This document shows, one piece after another, positions 47,640 to 62,400 of a stretch of 64,000 nucleotides of DNA (position 1 is its first letter; the number at the start of each line of letters is the position of its first letter). The translations under genes were made by a program, and so were the position numbers. A model generated the notes under the pieces. It was given only the letters and a program-made list of their open reading frames with translations. It was not told where the DNA came from and did not search any database. This DNA comes from Macrostomum hystrix (taxonomy: Eukaryota > Animalia > Platyhelminthes). The stretch covers positions 1,240,001 to 1,304,000 of the forward strand of contig CATNEN010000031.1 of the NCBI GenBank assembly GCA_950097015.1, written 5' to 3'.

Positions 47640-48890
47640 AGGATATTTCATTCAATGGGATTTTGGCTGAAGGGGATATTTCATTCAATGGGATTTTGGC
47701 TGAAGGCATATTTCATTCAATGGGATTTTGGCTGAAGGGGATATTTCATGAAAATGGGATTTTGGCTGAAGGGGATATTTCATGAAAAAGGGATTTTGGC
47801 TGAAGGGGATATTTCATTCAATGGGATTTTGGCTGAAGGGGATATTTCATGAAAATGGGATTGTGGCTGAAAGGGGGATATTTCATTCAATGGGATTTTG
47901 GCTGAAGGGGATATTTCATTCAATGGGATTTTGGCTGAAGGGGATATTTCATTCAATGGGATTTTGGCTGAAGGGGATATTTCATTCAATGGGATTTTGG
48001 CTGAAGGGGATATTTCATTCAATGGGATTTTGGCTGAAGGGGATATTTCATTCAATGGGATTTTGGCTGAAGGGGATATTTCATTCAATGGGATTTTGGC
48101 TGAAGGGGATATTTCATTCAATGGGATTTTGGCTGAAGGGGATATTTCATTCAATGGGATTTTGGCTGAAGGGGATATTTCATTCAATGGGATTTTGGCT
48201 GAAGGGGATATTTCATTCAATGGGATTTTGGCTGAAGGGGATATTTCATTCAATGGGATTGTGGCTGAAGGCATATTTCATTCAATGGGATTTTGGCTGA
48301 AGGCATATTTCATTCAATGGGATTTTGGCTGAAGGGGATATTTCATTCAATGGGATTTTGGCTGAAGGGGATATTTCATTCAATGGGATTTTGGCTGAAG
48401 GGGATATTTCATGAAAATGGGATTTTGGCTGAAGGGGATATTTCATGAAAATGGGATTGTGGCTGAAAGGGGGATATTTCATTCAATGGGATTTTGGCTG
48501 AAGGGGATATTTCATGAAAATGGGATTTTGGCTGAAGGGGATATTTCATTCAATGGGATCTTGGCTGAAGGGGATATTTCATTCAATGGGATTTTGGCTG
48601 AAGGGGATATTTCATTCAATGGGATTTTGGCTGAAGGGGATATTTCATGAAAATGGGATTTTGGCTGAAGGGGATATTTCATGAAAATGGGATTTTGGCT
48701 GAAGGGGATATTTCATGAAAATGGGATTGTGGCTGAAAGGGGATATTTAATAAAATGGGATTTTGGCTGAAGGGGATATTTCATTCAATGGGATTTTGGC
48801 TGAAGGGGATATTTTATTCAATGGGATTTTGGCTGAAGGGGATATTTCATTCAATGGGATTTTGGCTGAAGGGGATATTTCATCAAATGG
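47640..48890. repeat. 33-bp minisatellite (ATGGGATTTTGGCTGAAGGGGATATTTCATTCA)
   Basis: About 38 units. Confidence 0.96.
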
Positions 48891-50687
48891 GATTTCGACA
48901 GGAGTGGATATTGCAAGGTGTGATGTTGTAAATTTGCAAATAAATTGAGTAGTAAAAACTGCACTAAAATAGGATAGTACGCTCGTATCTGGTTTGGTAA
49001 GGATAAAAATTTCATATATTTGAATATTTTTCACATTCAGGCGTTTGTTCGACCCTCCTGAAATTATGTTCTTCTATACAAGTTCAAATTCCTTTTTCTA
49101 TATGTCAGACTTTTGCCCCACAAAAGCTAGTGAGATAGTGGCGTTAAATCCCAATAATGGCAATATTTCTTCCCACAACCGGCCCGAACACTGTTTGTCT
49201 GTTTGACTTCTCCACAGCAGCGAAATGGGAGCCAAAGAGTAAAAGTACGCTGAAAAAAACGAGTGGCTTGAGATTTGCGAGTAAAGGATTTCATCGGAGG
49301 CAGGGAGACGGAGCAGGGGGGAGTGAAGGGCACAATGTTTGTCAAAAGAACGGTAAAGTGCATCCAACCAGCCCGAACTCGGAAGAGATCTTTCCAGGAA
49401 ATAGCGCTGCAGAATTTTATTCATTGCAGGGGGGCGATTTTTTCGTCACTTTGAGATTTTTTTCTCAAACCCTCCCCTGTCTATGGGTGCTGGCAGTCTT
49501 GGGTGGGACAATTCTTATTTTCTTAATTTCTTTTCCATCGCGACCAGTTTAGAGGGCTAGAACCAGCTTATCCTGGTGTTGATCGATTTTTCCACTTTCG
49601 CTCGAGACGGAGGGACAGAAGAAGAAAGTAAGAAAGCTCCACTTAAGGTTGCTGGGATTGGGTCCCGTGTGTGCCCCGCAAAGCTTTGATCTAACTGCTC
49701 TAGCCGTCTCATTTCAGACGAGAAATGAATTCTCATTCGTTGTGTCAACTTTCATTATTTGTGTTAAACACGGAGCCGAACAATGAATTCTTGTCAGCCC
49801 TTTGACTTTGACTATTGTCATTAGATTCTATTCTGACACAGCCAATTTCCTGGCCCACTGCAGTCAGTGCCCGTCAGTTTCACATCGTGATGAAACTGGA
49901 ACTGAAAAAAAATTCTGTCAGAACTGATTTCAGCACGACCAGCATGATGTTGTTTTCCAATAGAAAAGCAAGCACGAAAATTGTCACGCACTTTGGCATT
50001 TTTTACCCGGTTCTCACTGGTGTGTCTCTTACTGGTGTGTGTCTTACTGGTGTGTGTCTTACTGGTGTGTGTCTTACTGGTGTGTGTCTTACTGGTGTGT
50101 GTGTCTTACTGGTGTGTGTCTTACTGGTGTGTGTCTTACTGGTGTGTGTCTTACTGGTGTGTGTCTTACTGGTGTGTGTCTTACTGGTGTGTGTCTTACT
50201 GGTGTGTGTGTCTTACTGGTGAGTGTCTTACTGGTGTGTGTCTTACTGGTGTGTGTCTTACTGGTGTGTGTCTTACTGGTGTGTGTGTCTTACTGGTGTG
50301 TGTCTTACTGGTGTGTGTGTCTTACTGGTGTGTGTGTCTTACTGGTGTGTGTCTTACTGGTGTGTGTCTTACTGGTGTGTGTCTTACTGGTGTGTGTCTT
50401 ACTGGTGTGTGTCTTACTGGTGTGTGTGTCTTACTGGTGTGTGTCTTACTGGTGTGTGTCTTACTGGTGTGTGTCTCTTACTGGTGTGTGTCTTACTGGT
50501 GTGTGTCTCTTACTGGTGTGTGTGTCTTACTGGTGTGTGTCTTACTGGTGTGTGTGTCTTACTGTGTGTGTCTTACTGGTGTGTGTGTCTTACTGGTGTG
50601 TGTCTTACTGGTGTGTGTCTTACTGGTGTGTGTCTTACTGGTGTGTGTCTTACTGGTGTGTGTGTCTTACTGGTGTGTGTGTCTTAC

Positions 50688-50985
50688 TTTATGATTACAC
50701 CTGCCCTAATCGGGTCAGATGTGCAGCCGACAGCACAGCCGCAGCTATTGCGCGGCGCATCTGAAGGCTGCGTACAGCTGTTCAGTCCATGGACTGGGGG
50801 GACGCCACACCCACCTTCAATTATCCCAGCTAATGCTGGTACCCATTTAACAGCTGGGTGAACTGAAGCAATGCAGAGTTAAGTGTCTTGCTAAAGGACA
50901 CAAATTGTTTAAGTGGAGACGGGAATCGAACCCCCGACCTTCAAGTCATGAGTCCGACGCCCTAACCACTAGGCTACAACCTCTT
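50688..50985 (-). mobile_element. Full-length (~300 bp) tRNA-derived CORE-like SINE
   Basis: Minus strand: TAGCCTAGTGGTTAGG (A-box), GGTTCGATTCC (B-box), GTGTCCTTTAGCAAGACACTTAAC..CACCCAGCTGTTAAATGGGTACC. Confidence 0.88.
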
Positions 50986-51890
50986 GTTGTGTCTTACTGG
51001 TTGTGTCTTACTGGTGTGTGTCTTACTGGTGTGTGTGTCTTACTGGTGTGTGTGTCTTACTGGTGTGTGTGTCTTACTGTGTGTGTCTTACTGGTGTGTG
51101 TCTTACTGGTGTGTGTCTTACTGGTGTGTGTCTTACTGGTGTGTGTCTTACTGGTGTGTGTCTTACTGGTGTGTGTCTTACTGGTGTGTGTGTCTTACTG
51201 GTGTGTGTGTCTTACTGGTGTGTGTGTCTTACTGGTGAGTGTCTTACTGGTGTGTGTCTTACTGGTGAGTGTCTTACTGGTGAGTGTCTTACTGGTGTGT
51301 GTGTCTTACTGGTGTGTGTCTTACTGGTGTGTGTCTTACTGGTGTGTGTGTCTTACTGGTGTGTGTCTTACTGGTGTGTGTCTTACTGGTGTGTGTCTTA
51401 CTGGTGTGTGTGTCTTACTGGTGAGTGTCTTACTGGTGTGTGTCTTACTGGTGTGTGTCTTACTGGTGTGTGTCTTACTGGTGTGTGTGTCTTACTGGTG
51501 TGTGTCTTACTGGTGTGTGTGTCTTACTGGTGTGTGTGTCTTACTGGTGTGTGTCTTACTGGTGTGTGTCTTACTGGTGTGTGTCTTACTGGTGTGTGTC
51601 TTACTGGTGTGTGTCTTACTGGTGTGTGTGTCTTACTGGTGTGTGTCTTACTGGTGTGTGTCTTACTGGTGTGTGTCTCTTACTGGTGTGTGTCTTACTG
51701 GTGTGTGTCTCTTACTGGTGTGTGTGTCTTACTGGTGTGTGTCTTACTGGTGTGTGTGTCTTACTGGTGTGTGTCTTACTGGTGTGTGTGTCTTACTGGT
51801 GTGTGTCTTACTGGTGTGTGTCTTACTGGTGTGTGTCTTACTGGTGTGTGTCTTACTGGTGTGTGTGTCTTACTGGTGTGTGTGTCTTAC

Positions 51891-52188
51891 TTTATGATTA
51901 CACCTGCCCTAATCGGGTCAGATGTGCAGCCGACAGCACAGCCGCAGCTATTGCGCGGCGCATCTGAAGGCTGCGTACAGCTGTTCAGTCCATGGACTGG
52001 GGGGACGCCACACCCACCTTCAATTATCCCAGCTAATGCTGGTACCCATTTAACAGCTGGGTGAACTGAAGCAATGCAGAGTTAAGTGTCTTGCTAAAGG
52101 ACACAAATTGTTTAAGTGGAGACGGGAATCGAACCCCCGACCTTCAAGTCATGAGTCCGACGCCCTAACCACTAGGCTACAACCTCTT
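51891..52188 (-). mobile_element. Second, apparently identical SINE copy (offset 1203 bp)
   Basis: Same sequence and same flanks as 50688-50985. Confidence 0.88.
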
Positions 52189-54969
52189 GTTGTGTCTTAC
52201 TGGTTGTGTCTTACTGGTGTGTGTCTTACTGGTGTGTGTGTCTTACTGGTGTGTGTGTCTTACTGGTGTGTGTGTCTTACTGGTGTGTGTCTTACTGGTG
52301 TGTGTCTTACTGGTGTGTGTCTTACTGGTGTGTGTCTTACTGGTGTGTGTCTTACTGGTGTGTGTTCTTACTGGTGTGTGTCTTACTGGTGTGTGTGTCT
52401 TACTGGTGTGTGTGTCTTACTGGTGTGTGTGTCTTACTGGTGAGTGTCTTACTGGTGTGTGTCCTTAAGCTGGTGAGTGTCTTACTGGTGAGTGTCTTAC
52501 TGGTGTGTGTGTCTTACTGGTGTGTGTCTTACTGGTGTGTGTCTTACTGGTGTGTGTGTCTTACTGGTGTGTGTCTTACTGTGTGTGTGTCTTACTGGGT
52601 GTGTGTGTCTTACTGGTGTGTGTGGTCTTACTGGTGTGTGTCTTACTGGTGTGTGTGTCTTAAGTACTGGTGTGTGTGTCTTACTGGTGTGTGTGTCTTA
52701 CTGGTGTGTGTCTTACTGGTGTGTGTGTCTTACTGGTGTGTGTGTCTTACTGGTGTGTGTGTCTTACTGGTGTGTGTCTTACTGGTGTGTGTCTTACTGG
52801 TGTGTGTCTTACTGGTGTGTGTGTCTTACTGGTGTGTGTCTTACTGGTATGTGTCTTACTGGTGTGTGTCTCACTGGTGTGTCTCTTACTGGTGTGTGTG
52901 TCTTACTGGTGTGTGTCTTACTGGTATGTGTCTTACTGGTGTGTGTGTCTTACTGGTGTGTGTCTTTCTGGTGTGTGTGTCTTACTGGTGTGTGTCTTAC
53001 TGGTGTGTGTGTCTTACTGGTGTGTGTCTTACTGGTGTGTGTGTCTTACTGGTGTGTGTCTTACTGGTGTGTGTGTCTTACTGGTGTGTGTCTTACTGGT
53101 GTGTGTGTCTTACTGGTGTGTGTCTTACTGGTGTGTGTGTCTTACTGGTGTGTGTCTTACTGGTGTGTGTGTCTTACTGGTGTGTGTCTTACTGGTGTGT
53201 GTGTCTTACTGGTGTGTGTGTCTTACTGGTGTGTGTCTTACTGGTGTGTGTCTTACTGGTGTGTGTCTTACTGGTGTGTGTCTTACTGGTGTGTGTGTCT
53301 TACTGGTGTGTGTCTTACTGGTGTGTGTCTTACTGGTGTGTGTGTCTTACTGGTGTGTGTGTCTTACTGGTGTGTGTCTTACTGGTGTGTGTGTCTTACT
53401 GGTGAGTGTCTTACTGGTGAGTGTCTTACTGGTGTGTGTCTTACTGGTGTGTGTCTTACTGTGTGTGGTCTTACTGGTGAGTGTCCTTACTGGTGAGTGT
53501 CTTACTGGTGTGTGTCTTACTGGTGTGTGTGTCTTACTGGTGAGTGTCTTACTGGTGAGTGTCTTACTGGTGTGTGTCTTACTGGTGTGTGTGTCTTACT
53601 GGTGTGTGTCTTACTGGTGAGTGTCTTACTGGTGTGTGTCTTACTGGTGTGTGTGTCTTACTGGTGTGTGTCTTACTGGTGTGTGTCTTACTGGTGTGTG
53701 TCTTACTGGTGTGTGTCTTACTGGTGTGTGTCTTACTGGTGAGTGTCTTACTGGTGAGTGTCTTACTGGTGTGTGTCTTACTGGTGTGTGTGTCTTACTG
53801 GTGTGTGTGTCTTACTGGTGTGTGTGTCCTTACTGGTGTGTGTCTTACTGGTGTGTGTGTCTTACTGGTTGTGTGTCTTACTGGTGTGTGTCTTACTGGT
53901 GTGTGTCTTACTGGTGTGTGTGTCTTACTGGTGTGTGTCTTACTGGTGTGTGTCTTACTGGTGTGTGTCTTACTGGTGTGTGTCTTACTGGTGAGTGTCT
54001 TACTGGTGAGTGTCTTACTGGTGTGTGTCTTACTGGTGTGTGTGTCTTACTGGTGTGTGTCTTACTGGTGAGTGTCTTGCTGGTGTGTGTCTTACTGGTG
54101 TGTGTGTCTTAATGGTGTGTGTGTCTTACTGGTGTGTGTGTCTTACTGGTGTGTGTGTCTTACTGGTGTGTGTGTCTTACTGGTGTGTGTGTCTTACTGG
54201 TGTGTGTCTTTCTGGTGTGTGTGTCTTACTGGTATGTGTCTTACTGGTGAGTGTCTTACTGGTGAGTGTCTTACTGGTGTGTGTGTCTTACTGGTGTGTG
54301 TCTTACTGGTGTGTGTCTTACTGGTGAGTGTCTTACTGGTGAGTGTCTTACTGGTGTGTGTGTCTTACTGGTGTGTGTCTTACTGGTGTGTGTGTCTTTC
54401 TGGTGTGTGTGTCTTACTGGTGTGTGTCTTACTGGTGAGTGTCTTACTGGTGAGATGGTCTTACTGGTGTGTGTGTCTTACTGGTGAGTGTCTTACTGGT
54501 GTGTGTGTCTTACTGGTGAGTGTCTTACTGGTGTGTGTGTCTTACTGGTGAGTGTCTTACTGGTGTGTGTGTCTTACTGGTGTGTGTCTTACTGGTATGT
54601 GTCTTACTGGTGAGTGTCTTACTGGTGAGTGTCTTACTGGTGTGTGTGTCTTACTGGTGTGTGTCTTACTGGTGTGTGTCTTACTGGTGAGTGTCTTACT
54701 GGTGAGTGTCTTACTGGTGTGTGTGTCTTACTGGTGTGTGTCTTACTGGTGTGTGTGTCTTTCTGGTGTGTGTGTCTTACTGGTGTGTGTCTTACTGGTG
54801 AGTGTCTTACTGGTGAGTGTCTTACTGGTGTGTGTGTCTTACTGGTGAGTGTCTTACTGGTGTGTGTGTCTTACTGGTGAGTGTCTTACTGGTGTGTGTG
54901 TCTTACTGGTGAGTGTCTTACTGGTGAGTGTCTTACTGGTGTGTGTCTTTCTGGTGTGTGTCATCTGCC

Positions 54970-55098
54970 CCGATGGCCTCTGTCCCAATGGCCTCTGTCC
55001 CAATGGCCTCTGTCCCAATGGCCTCTGTCCCAATGGCCTGTCCCAATGGCCTCTGTCCCAATGGCCTCTGTCCCAATGGCCTCTGTCCCAATGGCCTC
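54970..55098. repeat. 15-bp tandem repeat (AATGGCCTCTGTCCC)
   Basis: About 8 units. Confidence 0.9.
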
Positions 55099-55114
55099 TT
55101 ACAAGGCAACTTAC

Positions 55115-55191
55115 AAGGCTCTCTGGCGCTGTCCGCTTGTTTCGGCGCTGACGTCTTCAACAACGATTTTCACCTTTCTCGCCTGAGCCAT
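55115..55191 (-). CDS. Candidate alternative first coding exon of DGK (MAQARKVKIVVEDVSAETSGQRQRA..)
   Basis: ATG in GCCATGG context, 77 nt, consensus donor TT|GTAAGT, phase 2 matching the DGK acceptor at 41226. Confidence 0.5.
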
Positions 55192-56494
55192 GGCCAAACT
55201 TGGCTCACAGCTGTAGCTAGTCAAGTCTATATCAGCAGTAATTTATCGATATTCTGCTCAAAGAGATTTCATTAGTTGTTGCTATAGGCAGGTGTAGCGG
55301 GTTCTCAGGCCCATTAACACCTTTGTATCTCTGCTAGGCCCAGGCAGTGCTGAAGCTGTCCAACGGTACTCTTAAGGAGGCTGGGTTGGGGCAGAGTGTG
55401 AATGAGGGGTGTAAAATTAGAAGGACTTTATCGCAGACGCCCTGGCATTAGCAGCAGCAGCAGCAGCAGCAGCGACAGGCTCAGTTGCGATTCTATCCTG
55501 GGAAGGAGTAATAGAAAAACTGCAGCCCAAGGATGAGGATGTGTTATAGCTGAGAAGGAAGCTGGGTAGGTGAGAGACTTTGGGAGCTGTGGGGATCGCA
55601 GAGTCTGGGTGGCTGGCTAGTGGGTAGCCGATAAATTTGCGCCGTGGAGTGCCAATTATTAGAGTAGGTTGGGAATAGCTCACGGGGCTCTATAAGCCAT
55701 TCAGCCGTGTGCGCGTGTTTCAAGGCAAATGAGAAGCGCTCAAAGTATAAGGGAAGTCGACTTTGAGTGCCGAAGTGCATAGGAACCGAGACACGGGGAT
55801 GGAGGATCTGGGGAGATGGGAATAACCCGAGAGCAGACTTGGCCCCTTCCCAGCCAATGGGGTGCGAGTAATGGGTGGAATTTCTGCTCTCGCAAGCAGC
55901 TGCAGCAGCAGCAGCAGAGAGATAGACGACTCAAAGAATGACAATAGACAGATAATGCTCAAGCCTAAAATGTAAGAATACAGCAGCCTATTTTAGGCAT
56001 TAATTCAACATTCAACATGAATTTAATTGATTCACTGTGTTAGCATGAAGGCGCAATTAACAGTTATTAGTATATAATGTAATAAACTATCGCTAAGCAA
56101 GCTTAGTAGAAGCGCCAGTAGAATACCTCGATGGCTGTACGATTACCTCAAAACGCCAAGGAAACTCGATTGTTATCCCTGACAATGCTTGACAATATCC
56201 TCTTTTGCAATGAATTAGATAGATAACTATTCGCTGAAACACTGCTAGCTGCAAGGGAAAATAGATATCTCAGAATCTATCTCAGATATTCCTATTGGGA
56301 AATGGGGAGAATTGCACTTTTGCATCCGGCCGATGTCTGGAGAATTTGGTCTGTCACAAAGCTCGGCTAACTTTATAACACCCGAAAGCAAGTTATTCAG
56401 AGCTACCTCTGCAACGACTGAAATGTAATAACTAATTATTCTTAATTTCTATATATTTTCTTGCTGCTCGAAACTACAGAGGATCTCTACAATT

Positions 56495-59400
56495 GACCCA
56501 CATCTGCAATGGATCCTCCACAATAGTCCCACATCTGCAATGGATCCTCCACAATAGTCCAACATCTGCAATGGATCCTCCACAATAGTCCCACATCTGC
56601 AATGGATCCTCCACAATAGTCCCACATCTGCAATGGATCCTCCACAATTGTCCCACATCTGCAATGGATCCTCCACAATAGTCCAACATCTGCAATGGAT
56701 CCTCCACAATAGTCCCACATCTGCAATGGATCCTCCACAATAGTCCCACATCTGCAATGGATCCTCCACAATAGTCCAACATCTGCAATGGATCCTCCAC
56801 AATAGTCCCACATCTGCAATGGATCCTCCACAATTGTCCCACATCTGCAATGGATCCTCCACAATAGTCCAACATCTGCAATGGATCCTCCACAATTGTC
56901 CCACATCTGCAATGGATCCTCCACAATTGTCCCACATCTGCAATGGATCCTCCACAATTGTCCCACATCTGCAATGGATCCTCCACAATAGACCCACATC
57001 TGCAATGGATCCTCCACAATAGTCCCACATCTGCAATGGATCCTCCACAATAGTCCCACATCTGCAATGGATTCCTCCACAATTGTCCCACATCTGCAAT
57101 GGATCCTCCACAATAGTCCAACATCTGCAATGGATCCTCCACAATTGTCCCACATCTGCAATGGATCCTCCACAATTGTCCCACATCTGCAACGGATCCT
57201 CCACAATAGTCCCACATCTGCAATGGATCCTCCACAATTGTGACACATCTGCAATGGATCCTTCACAATAGTCCCACATCTGCAACGGATCCTCCACAAT
57301 TGTGACACATCTGCAATGGATCCTCCACAATTGTGACACATCTGCAATGGATCCTCCACAATAGTCCAACATCTGCAATGTATCCTCCACAATAGTCCCA
57401 CATCTGCAATGGATCCTCCACAATAGTCCCACATCTGCAATGGATCCTCCACAATTGTCCCACATCTGCAATGGATCCTTCACAATAGTCCCACATCTGC
57501 AACGGATCCTCCACAATAGTCCCACATCTGCAATGGATCCTCCACAATTGTGACACATCTGCAATGGATCCTCCACAATTGTCCCACATCTGCAATGGAT
57601 CCTCCACAATAGACCCACATCTGCAATGGATCCTCCACAATAGTCCCACATCTGCAATGGATCCTCCACAATAGTCCAACATCTGCAATGGATCTTCCAC
57701 AATAGACCCACATCTGCAATGGATCCTCCACAATAGACCCACATCTGCAATGGATCCTCCACAATAGTCCAACATCTGCAATGGATCCTCCACAATAGTC
57801 CAACATCTGCAATGGATCCTCCACAATAGTCCAACATCTGCAATGGGTCCTCCACAATAGTCCCACATCTGCAACGGATCCTCCACAATAGTCCCACATC
57901 TGCAATGGATCCTCCACAATAGTCCCACATCTGCAATGGATCCTCCACAATAGTCCCACATCTGCAATGGATCCTCCACAATTGTCCCACATCTGCAACG
58001 GATCCTTTACAATAGACCCACATCTGCAACGGATCCTCCACAATAGTCCCACATCTGCAATGGATCCTCCACAATAGTCCCACATCTGCAATGGATCCTA
58101 CACAATTGTCCCACATCTGCAATGGATCCTCCACAATTGTCCCACATCTGCAACGGATCCTCCACAACAGACCCACATCTGCAACGGATCCTCCACAATA
58201 GTCCCACATCTGCAATGGATCCTCCACAATTGTCCCACATCTGCAATGGATCCTTCACAATAGTCCCACATCTGCAACGGATCCTCCACAATAGTCCCAC
58301 ATCTGCAATGGATCCTCCACAATAGTCCCACATCTGCAACGGATCCTTCACAATAGTCCCACATCTGCAATGGATCCTCCACAATTGTGACACATCTGCA
58401 ATGGATCCTCCACAATAGTCCCACATCTGCAATGTATCCTCCACAATAGTCCAACATCTGCAACGGATCCTCCACAATTGTCCCACATCTGCAATGGATC
58501 CTCCACAATTGTCCCACATCTGCAATGGATCCTCCACGATAGTCCCACATCTGCAATGGATCCTCCACAATTGTCCCACATCTGCAACGGATCCTCCACA
58601 ATAGTCCCACATCTGCAATGGGTCCTCCACAATAGTCCCACATCTGCAATGGATCCTCCACAATTGTCCCACATCTGCAACGGATCCTTTACAATAGACC
58701 CACATCTGCAACGGATCCTCCACAATAGTCCCACATCTGCAATGGATCCTCCACAATAGTCCCACATCTGCAATGGATCCTCCACAATAGTCCCACATCT
58801 GCAATGGATCCTCCACAATAGTCCCACATCTGCAATGGATCCTACACAATTGTCCCACATCTGCAATGGATCCTCCACAATAGTCCCACATCTGCAATGG
58901 ATCCTCCACAATAGTCCCACATCTGCAATGGATCCTCCACAATAGTCCCACATCTGCAATGGATCCTACACAATTGTCCCACATCTGCAATGGATCCTCC
59001 ACAATAGTCCCACATCTGCAATGGGTCCTCCACAATAGTCCCACATCTGCAATGGATCCTCCACAATAGTCCCACATCTGCAATGGATCCTACACAATTG
59101 TCCCACATCTGCAATGGATCCTCCACAATTGTCCCACATCTGCAACGGATCCTCCACAACAGACCCACATCTGCAACGGATCCTCCACAATAGTCCCACA
59201 TCTGCAATGGATCCTCCACAATAGTCCCACATCTGCAACGGATCCTCCACAATAGTCCCACATCTGCAATGGATCCTCCACAATTGTCCCACATCTGCAA
59301 CGGATCCTCCACAATAGTCCCACATCTGCAATGGATCCTCCACAATTGTGACACATCTGCAATGGATCCTCCACAATTGTCCCACATCTGCAATGGATCC

Positions 59401-62400
59401 TCCACAATTGTGACACATCTGCAATGGATCCTCCACAATAGTCCCACATCTGCAATGTATCCTCCACAATAGTCCAACATCTGCAATGGATCCTCCACGA
59501 TAGTCCCACATCTGCAATGGATCTTCCACAATAGTCCCACATCTGCAATGGGTCCTCCACAATAGTCCAACATCTGCAATGGGTCCTCCATAATAGTCCA
59601 ACATCTGCAATGGATACTCCACAATAGACCCACATCTGCAATGGATCCTCCACAATAGACCCACATCTGCAATGGATCCTCCACAATAGACCCACATCTG
59701 CAATGGATCCTCCACAATAGTCCCACATCTGCAATGGATCCTCCACAATAGTCCAACATCTGCAATGGATCCTCCACAATAGTCCCACATATGCAATGGA
59801 TCCTCCACAATAGTCCCACATCTGCAATGGATCCTCCACAATTGTCCCACATCTGCAATGGATCCTCCACAATAGTCCAACATCTGCAATGGGTCCTCCA
59901 TAATAGTCCAACATCTGCAATGGATACTCCACAATAGACCCACATCTGCAATGGATCCTCCACAATAGACCCACATCTGCAATGGATCCTCCACAATAGA
60001 CCCACATCTGCAATGGATCCTCCACAATAGTCCCACATATGCAATGGATCCTCCACAATAGTCCCACATCTGCAATGGATCCTCCACAATTGTCCCACAT
60101 CTGCAATGGATCCTCCACAATAGTCCAACATCTGCAATGGGATCCTCCCACAATTGTCCCACATCTGCAATGGATCCTCCACAATTGTCCCACATCTGCA
60201 ACGGATCCTCCACAATAGTCCCACATCTGCAATGGATCCTCCACAATTGTGACACATCTGCAATGGATCCTTCACAATAGTCCCACATCTGCAACGGATC
60301 CTCCACAATTGTGACACATCTGCAATGGATCCTCCACAATTGTGACACATCTGCAATGGATCCTCCACAATAGTCCAACATCTGCAATGTATCCTCCACA
60401 ATAGTCCCACATCTGCAATGGATCCTCCACAATAGTCCCACATCTGCAATGGATCCTCCACAATTGTCCCACATCTGCAATGGATCCTTCACAATAGTCC
60501 CACATCTGCAACGGATCCTCCACAATAGTCCCACATCTGCAATGGATCCTCCACAATTGTGACACATCTGCAATGGATCCTCCACAATAGTCCCACATCT
60601 GCAATGGATCCTCCACAATAGTCCAACATCTGCAATGGATCTTCCACAATAGACCCACATCTGCAATGGATCCTCCACAATAGACCCACATCTGCAATGG
60701 ATCCTCCACAATAGTCCAACATCTGCAATGGATCCTCCACAATAGTCCAACATCTGCAATGGATCCTCCACAATAGTCCAACATCTGCAATGGATCCTCC
60801 ACAATAGTCCAACATCTGCAATGTATCCTCCACAATAGTCCACATCTGCAATGGATCCTCCACAATAGTCCCCACATCTGCAATGGATCCTCCACAATTG
60901 TCCAACATCTGCAATGGATCCTCCACAATTGTCCCACATCTGCAATGGATCCTCCACAATAGTCCCACATCTGCAATGGATCCTCCACAATAGTCCCACA
61001 TCTGCAATGGATCCTCCACAATAGTCCCACATCTGCAATGGATCCTCCACAATAGTCCCACATCTGCAATGGATCCTCCACAATAGTCCCATATCTGCAA
61101 TGGATCCTCCACAATTAGTCCCACATCTGCAATGGATCCTCCACAATAGTCCCACATCTGCAATGGATCCTCCACAATTGTCCCACATCTGCAATGGATC
61201 CTCCACAATTGTCCCACATCTGCAATGGATCCTCCACAATAGTCCCACATCTGCAATGGATCCTCCACAATAGACCCACATCTGCAATGGATCCTCCACA
61301 ATTGTCCAACATCTGCAATGGATCCTCCACAATTGTCCACATCTGCAATGGATCCTCCACAATAGTCCCACATCTGCAATGGATCCTCCACAATTGTCCC
61401 ACATCTGCAATGGATCCTCCACAATAGCCCCACATCTGCAATGGATCCTCCACAATTGTCCCACATCTGCAATGGATCCTCCACAATTGTCCCACATCTG
61501 CAATGGATACTCCACAATAGTCCCACATCTGCAATGGATCCTCCACAATAGCCCCACATCTGCAATGGATCCTCCACAATTGTGACACATCTGCAATGGA
61601 TCCTCCACAATAGTCCCACATCTGCAATGGATCCTCCACAATAGTCCAACATCTGCAATGGATCTTCCACAATAGACCCACATCTGCAATGGATCCTCCA
61701 CAATAGACCCACATCTGCAATGGATCCTCCACAATAGTCCAACATCTGCAATGGATCCTCCACAATAGTCCAACATCTGCAATGGATCCTCCACAATAGT
61801 CCAACATCTGCAATGGATCCTCCACAATAGTCCAACATCTGCAATGTATCCTCCACAATAGTCCCACATCTGCAATGGATCCTCCACAATAGTCCCACAT
61901 CTGCAATGGATCCTCCACAATTGTCCAACATCTGCAATGGATCCTCCACAATTGTCCCACATCTGCAATGGATCCTCCACAATAGTCCCACATCTGCAAT
62001 GGATCCTCCACAATAGTCCCACATCTGCAATGGATCCTCCACAATAGTCCCACATCTGCAATGGATCCTCCACAATAGTCCCCACATCTGCAATGGATCC
62101 TCCACAATAGTCCCATATCTGCAATGGATCCTCCACAATAGTCCCACATCTGCAATGGATCCTCCACAATAGTCCCACATCTGCAATGGATCCTCCACAA
62201 TTGTCCCACATCTGCAATGGATCCTCCACAATTGTCCCACATCTGCAATGGATCCTCCACAATATGTCCCACATCTGCAATGGATCCTCCACAATAGACC
62301 CACATCTGCAATGGATCCTCCACAATTGTCCAACATCTGCAATGGATCCTCCACAATTGTCCCACATCTGCAATGGATCCTCCACAATAGTCCCACATCT

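Larger units (their letters stand above)
50025..54960. repeat. ~5-kb satellite GTCTTACTG(GT)3-4 (15/17-bp units) containing two SINE copies
   Basis: Contiguous units; source of all YWCVS/CVLLV ORFs; scattered single-base indels after ~52300 may be consensus errors. Confidence 0.96.

Noticed and set aside
44803-49748. Non-repetitive ORFs at 44803, 45938/45978, 47152, 49098/49157 and 49557
   Set aside because: No recognisable domain or consistent splice chain; they may be decayed TE or UTR sequence and need a homology search.
50905-50985. SINE heads (also ~900 and ~52110) as tRNA genes
   Set aside because: A and B boxes are present but there is no convincing acceptor stem, and the sequence continues into a shared SINE body.
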